Part shown: piece by piece, positions 11,463-23,481 of the stretch | How the letters are laid out: every line of letters begins with the position of its first letter | Position numbering within the stretch: the stretch's first letter is position 1 | DNA from: Chrysemys picta bellii | Lineage: Eukaryota | Assembly (NCBI RefSeq): GCF_011386835.1 | Contig: NC_088803.1 | Coordinates: 17,670,001-17,734,000 of the forward strand | Direction: 5' to 3' | Length of the DNA: 64,000 nt | Position numbers and translations under genes: made by a program | Notes under the pieces: model-generated | What the model saw: the letters and a program-made list of their open reading frames with translations, nothing else | Told to the model about the DNA's origin: nothing | Databases searched by the model: none

Positions 11463-13319
11463 CCCTGCCCTGGCCTTAGAGCCCCGCTCGTATGCTGTGA
11501 TGTGCTCTCCTCAGCCCGTGCCGGGCGCTGCACCCCCAAAAGGCCCTCAACGAGGCAGGGCGAGCGGAAGGCTGGCAACGACCTGGCAGGGAGAGCGCTT
11601 GGCATGGCCCCTTCGCCCATCCGTGAGGCCCAGCCGCAGCAGCAGCAGCGAGACAAAGTAGGCTGGGAGCTCAGGGGCCGAGTTTGCACCTTGAGAGTGA
11701 TTTGCCGGGGAACTGCCCCTCCATCACTGGGCGCTGTTACAGCCAGACCATGCTGGAAGCCAGGTGCTAGCTCCACCACCAGATAGGGGCTGGCCACTGG
11801 GATCTTCGCCAGCTCCCTGCTCTGGAGTTCAGGGCCCAGCTACCTCTGGAAGGAGGATGAGGATGGTCTGCAGGCTGCATGTGGGGAGGAGGGGAAGCTG
11901 GGGCTGATGCTTCTGTTTTGAAATAAAGCATTTGTACCCTTTTGCAAGACGATCCCCATTTCCTCAGGGGCCCTCATCCCACTGGGAAGCCGCCCTCCCC
12001 AATGGTAGGTGGTGTCCCACCCACCCCTGGGCCATGCCCAGCCTGTCCCAGCATGCACTGTGAGCATAATGCTCTCCCCTGGTCTGTAGCGCCTAGGTGA
12101 GAGGAGGCAAGCTGAAAATCTTGGGGGAGGGGAAGAAAATATTCTGCATGGGGGGGTAGCAGAAGGGCCCATAGCTGGGGCAGTGTATGTGGGGGGGTGG
12201 TCTGTAGGGGCTTTATGGGCCAGCCTGAAATAGTCTGGATTAGCGAAACAGCCCCAGTCCTGGTCTGGATGAGCATAAATAACCAGACTGGGGCCATCTA
12301 TACAGAATCTCGGGGATGGTTTCAGTGATCTGAACTGGGCTAGGAGTCCCTGTGGTCCATATGGGACTACATCGGCCCAAGCAGGGGGCTTCATAGATTC
12401 CAAGGCCAGAAGGGACCATTGTGATCTTCTAGGCTGACCTAGTATCTCACAGGCCAGAGAACCGTCCCAAACAATTCCTGGTGCGGGTCTTAAAACATCT
12501 GAGTGAGATTTAGAAATCATCAGCGATAGTGAATCCACCCGGTCCTTGGGACATTGTTCCTGTGGTTAATTACTCTCCTCATTAAAAAGCTATGCCTGAT
12601 TGCAGGGACCAGATTGGATTGGGATATATGGCCTGGCATATGTCTGTAGGGGTGAGATGGCTTTGTTCTTTAAGAGCCCACAAAGGGGTGCTGGTCAATA
12701 TGGGATTATATGGCCTGTGTGGAGGGAGGTGAGATACAAAAGAGTTTGGAGTAGAATGCTCTGAATTGGTTTGTGAACCCATATAAGGGGTTGGGGGAAG
12801 GGTCCGTATAGAATTACCTCCTGGTCTGTACTAGGATATATGACCTGGGGTAGAACAATCCAAACCTACAAAGCTATATTGCCCTGTTGTAAATATCTGT
12901 CACATCCAAAGGGGGAACAAGTGAAGGTCGCAAGGTCAATCACTGAAAACGTAGCCAGCGGCTCAATGCGGACTGTGTCACCCTACAGCCCTAAGAACAG
13001 TGTCCACACCCCGGGCGCCCTGTCTTGTTCAGTTGCATGGGACAAACAGCAGGTCAATATCTTGGGTTGGCCTCCTTGGTCAGTGGGCGGCCCTGGGCCA
13101 TATTTCACAGACTGGTGAATGGGAACGGGGGGGTTATCCCATCTGACAGGTGGTTTGTATGGCTTTGTGTGGCACCTGCAAGGCCCATACAGGTCTATAT
13201 GGCCTATGGTAGGCTGTGAGGAGGATGCAAGGCCTATACAGGCTGTACTGCTCCTAGCACGAAGCAAGGAGGATGTAGGGCCCATACAGGGCAGCTGTGC
13301 AGAGGGTTGTACAGCCCAG

Positions 13320-13604
13320 GGGCTTGTCTATACTTACCGCGCTGGTTCGGCGGCAGGCAATCGAACTTCTGGGTTCGATTTATCGCGTCTTGTCTGGACG
13401 CGATAAATCGAACTCAGAAGTGCTCCCCGTCGACTCCGGTAATCCTGCTCGCCGCGAGGAGTACGCGGAGTTGACGGGGGAGCCTGCCTGCCGGGTCTGG
13501 ACCGCGGTAAGTTCGAACTAAGGTACGTCGACTTCAGCTACGTTATTCATGTAGCTGAAGTTGCGTACCTTAGTTCGATTTGGGGGTTTAGTGTAGACCA
13601 AGCC
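13320..13604. mobile_element. Harbinger-type non-autonomous MITE, 285 bp, 3-bp TSD CAG
   Basis: Termini gggcttgtctatac...gtgtagaccaagcc, with internal palindromes (tcgatttatcgcgtc..gacgcgataaatcga). CAG at 13317-13319 and 13605-13607. The paralogous site at ~56661 is empty, with a single CAG. Confidence 0.88.
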
Positions 13605-13757
13605 CAGGAGGGCTGAGGGGGAGCAGACAGAGCAGGACCTCTCAGGCTTATCGGCTGTTGGGAGGTTGCAAGCCCTATACAGCCCTGTATGGCTGGGGGG
13701 GAGGGGGGAATAGAAATTGGTTCACTTTTGGAGAGCTAGCAAATGTTTGCCCAGGGG

Positions 13758-13844
13758 ATATATTAGCCTCCAGACACTCTGGTCTTTACAAGTGACGATG
13801 AGCAGGCAATGCAATTCTCGGCATGTGCCGCGGCGTACGCAAAT
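13758..13844 (-). promoter_or_regulatory. Type-3 Pol III (H1/RPPH1-like) promoter, left copy, partly degenerate
   Basis: On the minus strand: ATTTGCGT (octamer variant), an SPH-like cacatgccgagaattgca, TCATCGTCACTTGTAAAG (PSE-like), then TAATATAT, all within ~90 bp and head-to-head with PARP2. Confidence 0.7.
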
Positions 13845-13899
13845 CGCCCCCCTTTCACGTCTTCACGCGAAGTGGGGATCTAGGGGGCTCCCGCCCCCC

Positions 13900-14175
13900 C
13901 ATACTCCCAGCATGCACCGCGCCCGCTATGCAAATGACCCTGCTCCGCCCGCCAATGAGTGTCGCCGAGCGGCGAGCCCCGTGTGTGTCTCACATAGTAC
14001 CATGCGCGCCTACCAGCTAGGGGCGGGGCTCCGGCTCCTCCACGCCCGCGACCGGCCAGGGCAGGGGACGGGGCAAATGCAAAGGAGCGATATGCAAATG
14101 AGGATGGGCTGCGCGAGAGTTTGGTTCCCGGAACGTTGCCTGGAGCGTGGGCGGGTGGGAGCCGCCGCTCCCAGG
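13900..14175 (+). promoter_or_regulatory. Probable PARP2 promoter and first exon (donor ccag|gtgcgg near 14174)
   Basis: CpG-rich. Contains SBS motif actcccagcatgcaccgcg (~13903), octamers ATGCAAAT (~13928, ~14091) and GC boxes. Confidence 0.55.
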
Positions 14176-15229
14176 TGCGGGGAGGAGAACCCTAGGGGGG
14201 GTGCAGTGGGGGAAGGGTGCAGGGAGAGGTTGGGTTGTAAGGGTGTGGGGGAGCAGGGGAGTAGTGAGGGAGGGGTTCAGGGGGCCTCTAGGGGGTGCAA
14301 TGGGGTGGGAAACATTGGAAGAGGTGCAGGCGTGGTTGGGGGGTGCAATGGGGCTGGGGTTGCAGTGGGGGAGGTCGGGGGGGGTGCAATGGGTCGGGGG
14401 GGTTCAATGGGTCAGGGTTACAGTGGGGGGGGGTGCAACAGGGCTGGGGTTGCAGTGGTGGTCTGGGGGCATGCAAGGGGGGACGGGGTGCTCTGGGAGT
14501 CCCCGGAAGTGGGGGTGTTCTGGGAGCAGGGAGTTAGGGTCAAGGGGGGAAAACGCGAAGGGTTAGGATATTGCATTGAGGGCGGGGGGCTGTGGGGAAC
14601 GCAGTGGGGCCTGGAGCTGTTGCAGAGTCCCAGCGGGGGAGGGAACTGGTTCATGGAGTGCTACATAGATCATGGTGGGATGGTCCATATAAGGCTGTGA
14701 GAGTGGGCAGGGAGGAACATGCTCATTCATATAGGGCTGTGTCGCCCTGGGGATCTGCTGGTACATACAGGGCTGTGTGGATCTCTATAGGGTGGTCTGT
14801 ATAGGGTGATCGTGGGGGGGTGCTGATCCATACAAAACTGTATGAATTGCTGTAGGTTGGTCAGTATAGGGTTATATGGCGGGGGGGGGGTAAGAAGCTA
14901 TATGGATTGCAGTAGAATGGCCCATATGGGGTTCTATGACCTGAGGGGGTGGGGTTGTGCTGGTACATACTGGGCTATATGGATCTTGGTAGGATGGTCT
15001 GTATAGGGCTATATGTCCTGGGTGGGTGCTGGTTCTTACACAGCTGTATGGATGGCAGTAGAATGGTCTGTATGGGGCTATATGGCCTGGGATGTGTGTG
15101 TACTGGTCCATACAGGCTGTATGGATTTCAGTAGGATGATCTGTATGGGGCTATATAGCTTGGGGATCACAGTCTGTGGATCCCTGCCTCCCTTCTCTCT
15201 GCTCGCCAGCCCCGCTTGTCACTCCCAGG

Positions 15230-18200
15230 ATGAGGCAGAAGCAGAGGGCAGCCGAGGCGGGGGGTGCGGGCCTGGCACTGGAGCTGCGCTGGGAGTGGCA
15301 GGACTCCGGCGGCACCTGGCATCGCTTCGTGCCTGAGCAGAGCGAGGTGCTGACACAGGCAGCCAGGTGAGTGCCCTGGGGGTGGGGGGGTGTCGTTGCT
15401 CGGGCTATGGTGGGGGAGTCACAGGCTCTGAGCCGTGTCCATCTCCCCCCAGGGCAGGGAAGCCCAGCGTGGCTGTGGGTTCCCGCGTGGATCTGCGGCG
15501 GATGGTGCAGCGGGATGGACAGACGGGGCAGGACAGATGTGTGGCAGCCGCTGTCCAGGACCAGGACTCCTGTGAGTGCCCAGGGCCCCCTGGTGGGGGG
15601 AGCAGTGTCGTCCCGGATGCCTGGGTCCCACGCCCTGTCCTGATCACTCCCCCGAGTATGGGGCACCCTAGGGGTCAGCACCCTGCTGTGCTGCCCAGAC
15701 ACCTGTGTCCTATGCCCACTCGCCGTCACTGCCCCAGAGGCTGGGAGCTGTGGGGCCCCCGGGGGTGAACGCCCTGCTCAGCCACCTGGACACCTGGGTC
15801 CGATGCCCCATCACCATCACTGCCCCAGAGGCTGGGAGCTGCAGGGTTAGCGCTGGCAGGGAGCTAACAGGATGCCCGTGGCCCAGATTTCATGTGGTGC
15901 TGGCAGGGGGACGAAGAGGGGCAGTGGCTGCCCTACCCTGCCGATACCTGCCTGGCGCTGGAGCGAGCGCGGCGCGGCGACGGGGGGCCCAGCCTAGAGG
16001 TGACGTTCAGCCGGACCCGCTACACATTGGACACGGCACAGATGACCCAGACCAACATCAGAACTGGGTACCAGCGCCGGATGGAGCGGAGGGAGTCAGG
16101 TACTCCTGGGTTCTCTCCCTGGCTTTGTGAGGGGAGTGGGGCCTAGTGGGTAAAGCGGGCTCTGTGGGAAGCTGGGGGAAGGGGTTCAGGCTCCCAGGGC
16201 CCAGCTCCGGTTGGTGAGCAGGTCTCGGGCACCTGGGGCGGGGCAGGCCTTGCTGCCAGAGTGTAAGCTCGTTAGTCATTAATCATCCCCCAGGGAGCTC
16301 GGAGGAGAATCTGACGCCAGGCACAGCTGGGTCACAGCGACAACGCACAGGGTGGCTTGCCTGGTGCTGAGATGCGGCCATCTCTGGGGTGTGGCACTCT
16401 CCCCCTCTCACCCATGGCCTCTCTCCACAGACGCTGTGGATGATGATGGGGGATCTGAGCCCAGCTCCGTCCCTGGCTCCTCGTCCCCCCAACGGCCCCC
16501 AGCGCCGAAGAGACCCCGGGATGGGGGGGCCAGCCCCAACCCCGGAGCCGGGGAAGAGAGCACAGGTGAGGGGTGGCGAACTACAGCACCCCTGGTCTGC
16601 CGGCCTCTCTCTGCCAGCTGTTTGTTCCAACCTTGGTTTTCTGGCTCTGCCCCCTTCCAATAGATTACCATCTAAAACAGGGGCGGGCAAACTTTTTGGC
16701 CTGAGGGCCACATCAGGTTTGTAAATTGTATGGAGGGCCGGTTAGGGGAGGGGGTCATGGCCTGGCCCCCACCTCCTATCTGCCCCCCCACCCCCTGGAC
16801 TCCTGCCCCATACAACCCTCCCTGTTCCCTGATGGACCCCCTGGGACCCCTGCCCCATCCATACACCCCTGCTCCCTGTCCCCTGACCGCCCCCAGATCC
16901 CCGCCGCCCCATGCAACCCCTCTTCTCGTTCCTGACGGCCCCCCTGGGACTCCTGCCCCATCCACCTTCTTCCTGTCCCCTTACTGCCCCTGGAACCCCT
17001 GCCCCTGACTGCCTCCGACTACCCCGTGCCGCCCCATCCAGCACCCCCCCCCGACTGCCCCCCTCAGGACCCCGCCCCCATTCAACCCCTTATTCCCCCC
17101 CCACCCCCTGACCACCACCCTGAACTCCCCTGCCCTCTATCCAACCCCCCCTGCCCCCATACCGCGCTGCCTGGAGCATCGGTGGCTGGCGGTGCTACCG
17201 CCACGCCGCCGCCACTGCGCAGCACAGAGACCAGGTCAGGCCAGGCTCTGCAGCTGCGCTGCCCCAGGAGCTCACAGCTCTGCCGCCCAGAGCATTGTGC
17301 TGGTGGCGGAGCGAGCGAGCTGAGGCTTTGGGGGGAGAACAGTGGAGGAGGGGCTGGAGGCTAGCCTCCCCGGGCCAGGAGCTCGGGGGCCAGGCAGGAC
17401 GGTCCCGTGGGCCGGATGTGGCCCGGCGACGATGTGTGCAGATCTACCAGTTAGCCAGTTTTTAATCCGTGTGTCAGGCACTTTGTCACTAGCCCACAGC
17501 GCTCGGTTTTCAGTCGGGTCACACGGTGCCAAGTCGCACAGCATATAAAGTTCCCTGTATCGACGAAACCCGTAACGTCACCAACGGATGAGATCAGCTT
17601 TGTTTGTTTTCCGTGAAGCCTGCCTGGCCTTGCTGAAGTTCCTGGGCTTTAACCTGGGATTGCTTGAATCCCGCATCAGCTTTTGTGTTATTCTTCCCGG
17701 GCTTTTCGTCAGGCTAACTGGCCTAAAGCTACACACTCATCCGCTCTTCAGGAATGTTCCCTCTATCCCGGGTTGATTTCAGATGAATGCCAGCAGGTCA
17801 GAGATAATCTCAGCCAGCTCTTTTGCGACTCGGGGCTGCGAGTTAGGCAGCCAAGCTGATTTGGAAACGGGTGTGATTTATAAGTGCCTCCCCTATCCTG
17901 CGCTAGGAGTGCGTGATGTCGGCCTTGGGCGCTGCTGGTTCCTCGTGGCTGCCTGGGAAGGGGCCCGTGGCGTGGCTGGAGCTCTGTTGTTCCTCGAGCA
18001 CCAGGCCCTACCTTGGCTCAGGTCCCTAGGATCCCTGCACTGATATCTCTTAAATCCTCTCCCCACCCCCATTTCTGTCTGTCACCCCCAGAGGTCATCA
18101 AGACCCTGATTGTGAAGGGGAAGGCGCCGGTGGATCCAGAGTGCTTGGCTAAACTGGGGAAGGTAACGCAAGACCTCCTGCCCCGGGGGTCTCCAGTCCC

Positions 18201-21200
18201 CACCCCCCTAAACCAGCCAATGCCTGCCCTGGGGCGGGATTGGGGCCAGCGCCCCCTAGAGGGGAAAAGCCCCATGCCCCGTTCCCTGTCCCCTGAACCA
18301 GCCAGTCCCTGACCTGGGGTGGGATCAGAGCCAGCCCCCCTAGAGAGGAAAAGCCCCACATCCCTGAGACAGCCAGTCCCCACTGGGGTGGGATTGGGGC
18401 CAATGCCCCTAGAGGGGACTTCCTCACACCCCATCCCTTCCCAGGGCCGGCTGCGGCTCAGGAAGTGCCCATTTCCCCCCAGGCCCACATATACTGTGAA
18501 GGGGACGACGTCTACGACGTGATGCTCAACCAGGTGAGTGTGGTGCTGTGGCACTCCTGGCCGGGAGAGCCACCCGCTCAGGAGCTGGGGGAAGGGGGGC
18601 TGCTGCGGGCAGAGACCCCCCCCAGCCCTGTCCCTGACGCCCAGCCCCCGGTCTGTCCATCCGTCCCGCAGACCAACCTCCAGTTCAACAACAACAAGTT
18701 CTACGTCCTACAGCTACTGGAGGACGATGGGCCGCAGAGCTACAGCGTCTGGACGCGCTGGGGGCGCGGTGAGCAGGGTGGGGGCCATGGAGGGCTGGGT
18801 GAGTGTCGTGGGGCACTCCTGCATGGGGGAGGGAGCTGGATGTGTGTGGCCAGGGGCTAGGGTGTGGCAGGGGGCTGGGTGCATGGCAGGGGTTGGGGGG
18901 GCAGAGCAGTGTCCCCCATCACCACATCTGTCCTGTCCCTGCAGTGGGGCGGCCAGGCCAACACGCGCTGGTGTCCTGCGCTGGGGACCTTGCCCAGGCC
19001 AAGGAGATCTTCACTAAGAAGTGAGTCCCCCCCTCCCCCCAAACCCCTTGGAGCCTGCCCCCTCCTCGCCTCCCTCTCCGGTCTCTCCCCAGGTTCCTAG
19101 ACAAGACCAAAAACCACTGGGCCGAGCGGTGCAACTTCCAGAAAGTGCCTGGCAAGTACGACCTGCTGCACATGGACAGCCGGCCCCCCGTGAGTGTGAC
19201 ACCCCCCCCTTAGAGCCCCCCCATACGACCTGCACAAGGACAGCTGGCCTCATGTCCCCCAACACATAACCCCCTGCCCCATATTACCTGCACATGGATC
19301 CTGAAGCCCACGCAGGCCCCCCAGCTCATGTGGAGAAGCAGTGGGCCCTGTGTCCCACCTCCATGGGAGCATTGCAGGGTGGCAGGATGGGGGTGCTCTG
19401 GGTATGGCTGGGAGACCCAGTAACAACCCCCACCCCCCCCGCCCAGGCCGCAGAGCCGAGCTGCGCGGGGGCCTCCCAGCCCAAACCAGCCTCACGACTG
19501 GACCCCCGAGTGCAGGCGCTGCTGGGGCTGATCTGCGACCTGCAGGCCATGGAGGAGATTGTGCTGGAGATGAAGTATGACACCAAGAAGGCTCCTCTCG
19601 GTGAGCCCCCCATGGGCGTGTAGGGGAGGGATTGGGGGTGGCGGGGGCCGGCAGATCTGGGCTGTGGTTGAGAGGGTTCTGGGGTGCAGGGGATCTGGCG
19701 GGAGTCAGGGGGCTCCTGGGGGGTCCCAGGCGCTGGTGGTTCTGACCCGCTCCCCCCAGGGAAGCTGACGGTGGAGCAGATCCGTGCTGGGTTCCAGTCA
19801 CTGCAGAAGGTGGAGGCGGTTCTGCGGGCCGGGGACACTGGACGGGCCCTGCTGGAAGCCTGCAACGAGTTCTACACCCGTGTGCCCCATGACTTTGGGT
19901 CAGTGCCCCCAAGTGCCCCCCCCCGCACCTCCCCCCGAGTGTCGCTCCCAGCATGCTCCGCCGTGCCGAGTGTCCCCCGCCCGCTCCGAGCACCTCCTGC
20001 CTAGGGTTGCCAACTTTCTAATTGCACAAAACCAAACACCCTTGTTCCACCCCTCCTCTGAGGCCCTGCCTCTGCTCACTCCATCCCCCCTCCCTCTGTT
20101 GCTCACTCTCCCCACCCTCACTCACTTTCACTGGGCTAAGGCAGGGGGTTGGGGTACAGGGGGTGTGAGGGCTCTGGGGCTGGGCCAGGTATGAGGGGTT
20201 TGGAGTGCAGGAGGGGACTCTGGACTGGGGCAGGGGGGTTCGGAGGGCAGGGGGTTGGAGCGTGGGGGGGTGAGGGCTCCAGCTGGGGGTGCGGGCTCTG
20301 GGGCAGAGCTGGGTATTAGGGGTTTGGGGTGCAGGAGGGTGCTCTGGGCTGGGATCGAAGGGTTTGGAGGGTGAGAGGGGGATCAGGGCTGGGGCAGGGG
20401 GTTGGGGCGTGGGGGTGCAGGCTCCGGGTGATGCTCACTTCAGGCAGCTCCCGGAAGCAGTGGCATGTTCCCCCTCTGGCTCCTACGTGGAGGCACAGCC
20501 AGGCGGCTCTATGCACTGCTCTGTCTGCAGGCGTTGCTCCCGCAGCTCCCATTGGTCGGGAACCACAGTGCTTGGGGCGGGAGCAGCGTGTAGAGCCCCC
20601 TGGCTGCCCCAATGCCTAGGAGCTGGACGGGGGACATGCCATTGCCTCCGGGAACCGCGTGGAGCCTGCCTTAGCTTCGCTGTGCCGCCAGCCGGACTTT
20701 TAATGGCCCTTCCAGCAGTGGTAACTGGAGCTGCCAGGGTCCCTTTTCGACTGGGTGTTCCGGTCAACAACCGGACACCTGGCAACCCTACCCCTGCCCC
20801 TCCAAGCACCCCCTACCCTGCCCTGCTCTGCGTCCTCGCTGGGGCTCTAGGTCCCCCCCACTCCCCCTAGGCCTGGCTCACTCTGCTTCTCTCCCCCCCA
20901 CACACACACCCAGGCTTCGGACACCCCCATTGATCCGGACGTGGCAGGAGCTTCAGGAGAAGGTGCAGCTGCTGGAGGTGAGCGGGGGGAGGTGGGAAAT
21001 CTGTCCCTCCATCTCTCTGTCTGTCCATCCCCCTCTGACTCCTCCCACCCCCCAGGCCCTGGGTGAGATCCAGATCGCCATCAAGCTGGCACGCTTGGAG
21101 CTGCATGGCCAGGAGCACCCGCTGGACCGAAGCTACCGCACGCTGGGCTGTGAGCTCCACCCCCTGGAGCGGGACTCTGCCCACTTCCAGGTCGGGGGGC

Positions 21201-23481
21201 TGCGAGGGGCCAGCAGTGGGGAAGCTGGGGGGCAGGGTGGGTTGGGGAGTAGTGGGGAGCAGTGTAGGTTAGGGGGGCGGGCAAGGGGGACAGTGTGGGG
21301 CTGGGGAGGCCAGGTGAGGGGGCAGTGACCAGGGGCATGTGGCGGGGGGGAGCGGGGGCTGAAAAAGGCCAGGCGGGTGGGGAGGGGGGCAGGGCTGGGG
21401 TTAGCTCACGCCCCACAGCTCCCTCCAGGTGCTGGAGCGGTACCTGCTCTCCACCCATGCGCCCACCCACCGTGACTACTCCATGGAGCTGCTGGAGGCT
21501 TTCACCCTGCGCCGGGCCGGCGAGCCCCCCTTCCGCGCCAGCCTGTCCAACCGGTGAGGGGCTGGGGGGAGTGATCTAGGGGCCTGGGGGGCATCCTGGG
21601 GGCAGGAGCAGCTGGGGGGGCCCAGGGATGGGAACAGGTGGGTTTGTCCTGCACCTGGTGGGTTACATCTGTGCAACCAGACTGCCCCCCCTCCTCCCGG
21701 CTCTGTCAGCTCCCTCCCAGCATTGCCCCCCCCACACTCCTCCGAGCTAAGTGAACCCTTCTGCTTCAGTGCCAGGCACAGGGGAAACTAAGGCACACAG
21801 CGGCAGAGTAAAAGTGTTAGACAATTCACGCTTGGTCACAGAAGGAGAGTCCGGTGGGGTGGGGGTTGGATCCCAGCCAGTAAAGGGGCTGGGTACTGCG
21901 GGGAACGGGGGAGGCTGGGCATGGGGCTCACCCTCTCCCTTTTTCCCCCCAGGACGTTGCTGTGGCATGGCTCCCGGCTGGGCAACTGGGTGGGGATCCT
22001 GAGCCAGGGGCTGCGAGTGGCACCCCCTGAGGCCCCCGTCACCGGCTACATGGTGAGACACCCCCCCCCCCTTGTCCGCAGCTGCCTGCCTTTTCCTCCT
22101 CGACCCTTTCCCAGCTCCCTCCCCCTCAGCCAGTCTAATCCCTCACCACCCCCCATCTCTCACCCCCAGTTTGGGAAGGGCATTTACTTCGCAGACATGT
22201 CGTCCAAGAGCGCCAATTACTGCTTCGCCTCACGCCAGCGCGACGTGGGCCTGCTGCTGCTGTGTGAGGTGAGTGCCACCCCAGAGCCAACTGCATCTCG
22301 GAGAGCGATCCTGGCCCAGAGCACCTGGCTTCATGTCTGGCTCTGGAAGGGGAGTCGGGTCCTGGGGTTAGAACAGGACGGGGCTGGGTTCTCTTCCCGC
22401 TCTGGGCAGGACGCACAGGCAGCTGTGGACTTGGTGCCCCTCTCCTGTTGCAGGTGGCCCTGGGTGAGTGCCAGGAGCTGCTGGAGGCGAATGCCGAGGC
22501 CGGGAAGCTGCCGCCCGGGAAGCACAGCACCAAGGGGCTGGGGAAGCTGGCACCCGCTCCCACCAATAGCATCATGCTGTGAGTACTGGAGAGGGGGCAG
22601 GGCTGGCAGCCCATGGTGCTTGCCCTGAGTGACGGAGGCCCCGGGGGGGACAGCATGAGGGGAAAGCTCTGCCCCCTGGCACGATGCCACAGTCCGTCCC
22701 CCCCCCAGCCCCTTCGCAGCTGCTCAGTGGAGACTCGCTTGGCCCCAGGAGAGGCTGGTTTGTGGGACTCTCCTGGGACCCCCCCAGTTTTTCATGCCCT
22801 CAGGCAAGACACTTGGAGCCAGCGTGGACCTTCAGGGTAGGCAGAGCTGCCCCCCCTCTGCCCCCAGGGAAATCTGTGCCTGCTCCAGCCCCCCCCCCCC
22901 CCCGGTACCGCCCAACAGGCCGGTCCTGCAGCCCCCCCACCGTGGTTTGGTTCCAGGCCCAGAGGAGAAATAGCCGTGTCGCGTTTGAACAGCCCGGCGC
23001 CAACCCAGCTGCCAGCTCAGGGCAGGGGGTGAAGGCCGGCAAGGGGAGAACCCGGCCTGTGGGTGCAGATCCTGCCCGCCCACTGCAGCGCGTCAAGCAG
23101 AGCTAGGTGCTCGGCCCCCAGGGTGCCCCTCCCCAGCCCGTCGCGGCTGCTGCTCGGTGCCAGCCGGCTGGGGGGGGGAGGGGGGGCTCCGGGAAAAGAG
23201 CAGCAAATCTATGCAGCCCAGGAGCCATGCGTGCCTGGCGCTGCCCCCCAGAATGAGAGAGAACCAGGCATCTGGGGGGTTGAGCTACCCTCGCCCTGAC
23301 CTCCGCCTCGTCTCCCCCCAGGGATGGGGCTGCAGTGCCGCTGGGCCCAGCCGTGGAGACGGGCGTGACGAACCCCCACGGCTACACCCTCAACTACAAC
23401 GAGTTCGTCGTCTACGACCCGGGCCAGGTGCGGATGCGCTACCTGCTCCAAGTGCGCTTCAGCTTCGCCCCGCTGTGGTGA
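15230..23481 (+). CDS. PARP2: PARP2 with N-terminal tandem WWE domains (WWE-WWE-linker/NLS-WGR-regulatory-catalytic), 18 coding exons, 698 aa. Exons: 15230-15366, 15453-15571, 15887-16099, 16431-16565, 18092-18162, 18483-18533, 18672-18768, 18945-19020, 19093-19189, 19447-19600, 19760-19898, 20914-20977, 21056-21190, 21429-21553, 21953-22052, 22170-22268, 22454-22578, 23322-23481
   Basis: Exons translate to PARP2-like sequence: [64 protein letters not shown]; [14 protein letters not shown]; [19 protein letters not shown]; [18 protein letters not shown]; [10 protein letters not shown]. The H-Y-E triad is intact. All splice phases are compatible (total 2097 nt). Linkage of the four WWE/linker exons to the rest is inferred from phase and order. 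Confidence 0.92.
16678..17418. mobile_element. hAT-type MITE whose right end is deleted in this copy; complete paralogue at 58770-59540
   Basis: Left terminus caggggcgggcaaac. The paralogue ends gtttgcccacctctg and has an 8-bp TSD, ATCTAAAA. Confidence 0.75.
17440..17560 (-). mobile_element. Old CR1 ORF2 (reverse transcriptase) remnant; paralogue at ~59770-59880
   Basis: Minus-strand translation DLAPCD...[10 protein letters not shown] resembles the CR1 RT segment DLVPHD...WIKNWLT.RSQ. Confidence 0.45.
20002..20790. mobile_element. hAT-type non-autonomous DNA transposon in a PARP2 intron; paralogue at 62254-63043
   Basis: TIRs tagggttgcca...tggcaacccta. Flanks ctcctgcc and cccctgcc (7/8, an 8-bp TSD). 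Confidence 0.85.

Noticed and set aside
11840-12538. 232-aa minus-strand ORF kept open in both duplicates (also 55185-55883)
   Set aside because: No recognisable domain or coding-like composition. Persistence is expected from the recency of the duplication, and it overlaps the ZNF 3' end antisense.
12745-12782. Minus-strand acaaaccaattcagagcattctactccaaactctttt resembles the 3' end (CR-V) of RNase P RNA followed by a T-run
   Set aside because: It is ~700-1000 bp from the promoter, while RPPH1 is ~340 nt. The P4-pairing bases differ and no CR-I partner is visible upstream. Probably chance, but a cmsearch would settle it.
14104-14174. In-frame upstream ATG (MGCARVWFPERCLERGRVGAAAPR) that could extend PARP2 by 24 aa
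   Set aside because: It lies immediately after an octamer in the presumed promoter, and the TSS is unknown. Not supportable without 5' end data.
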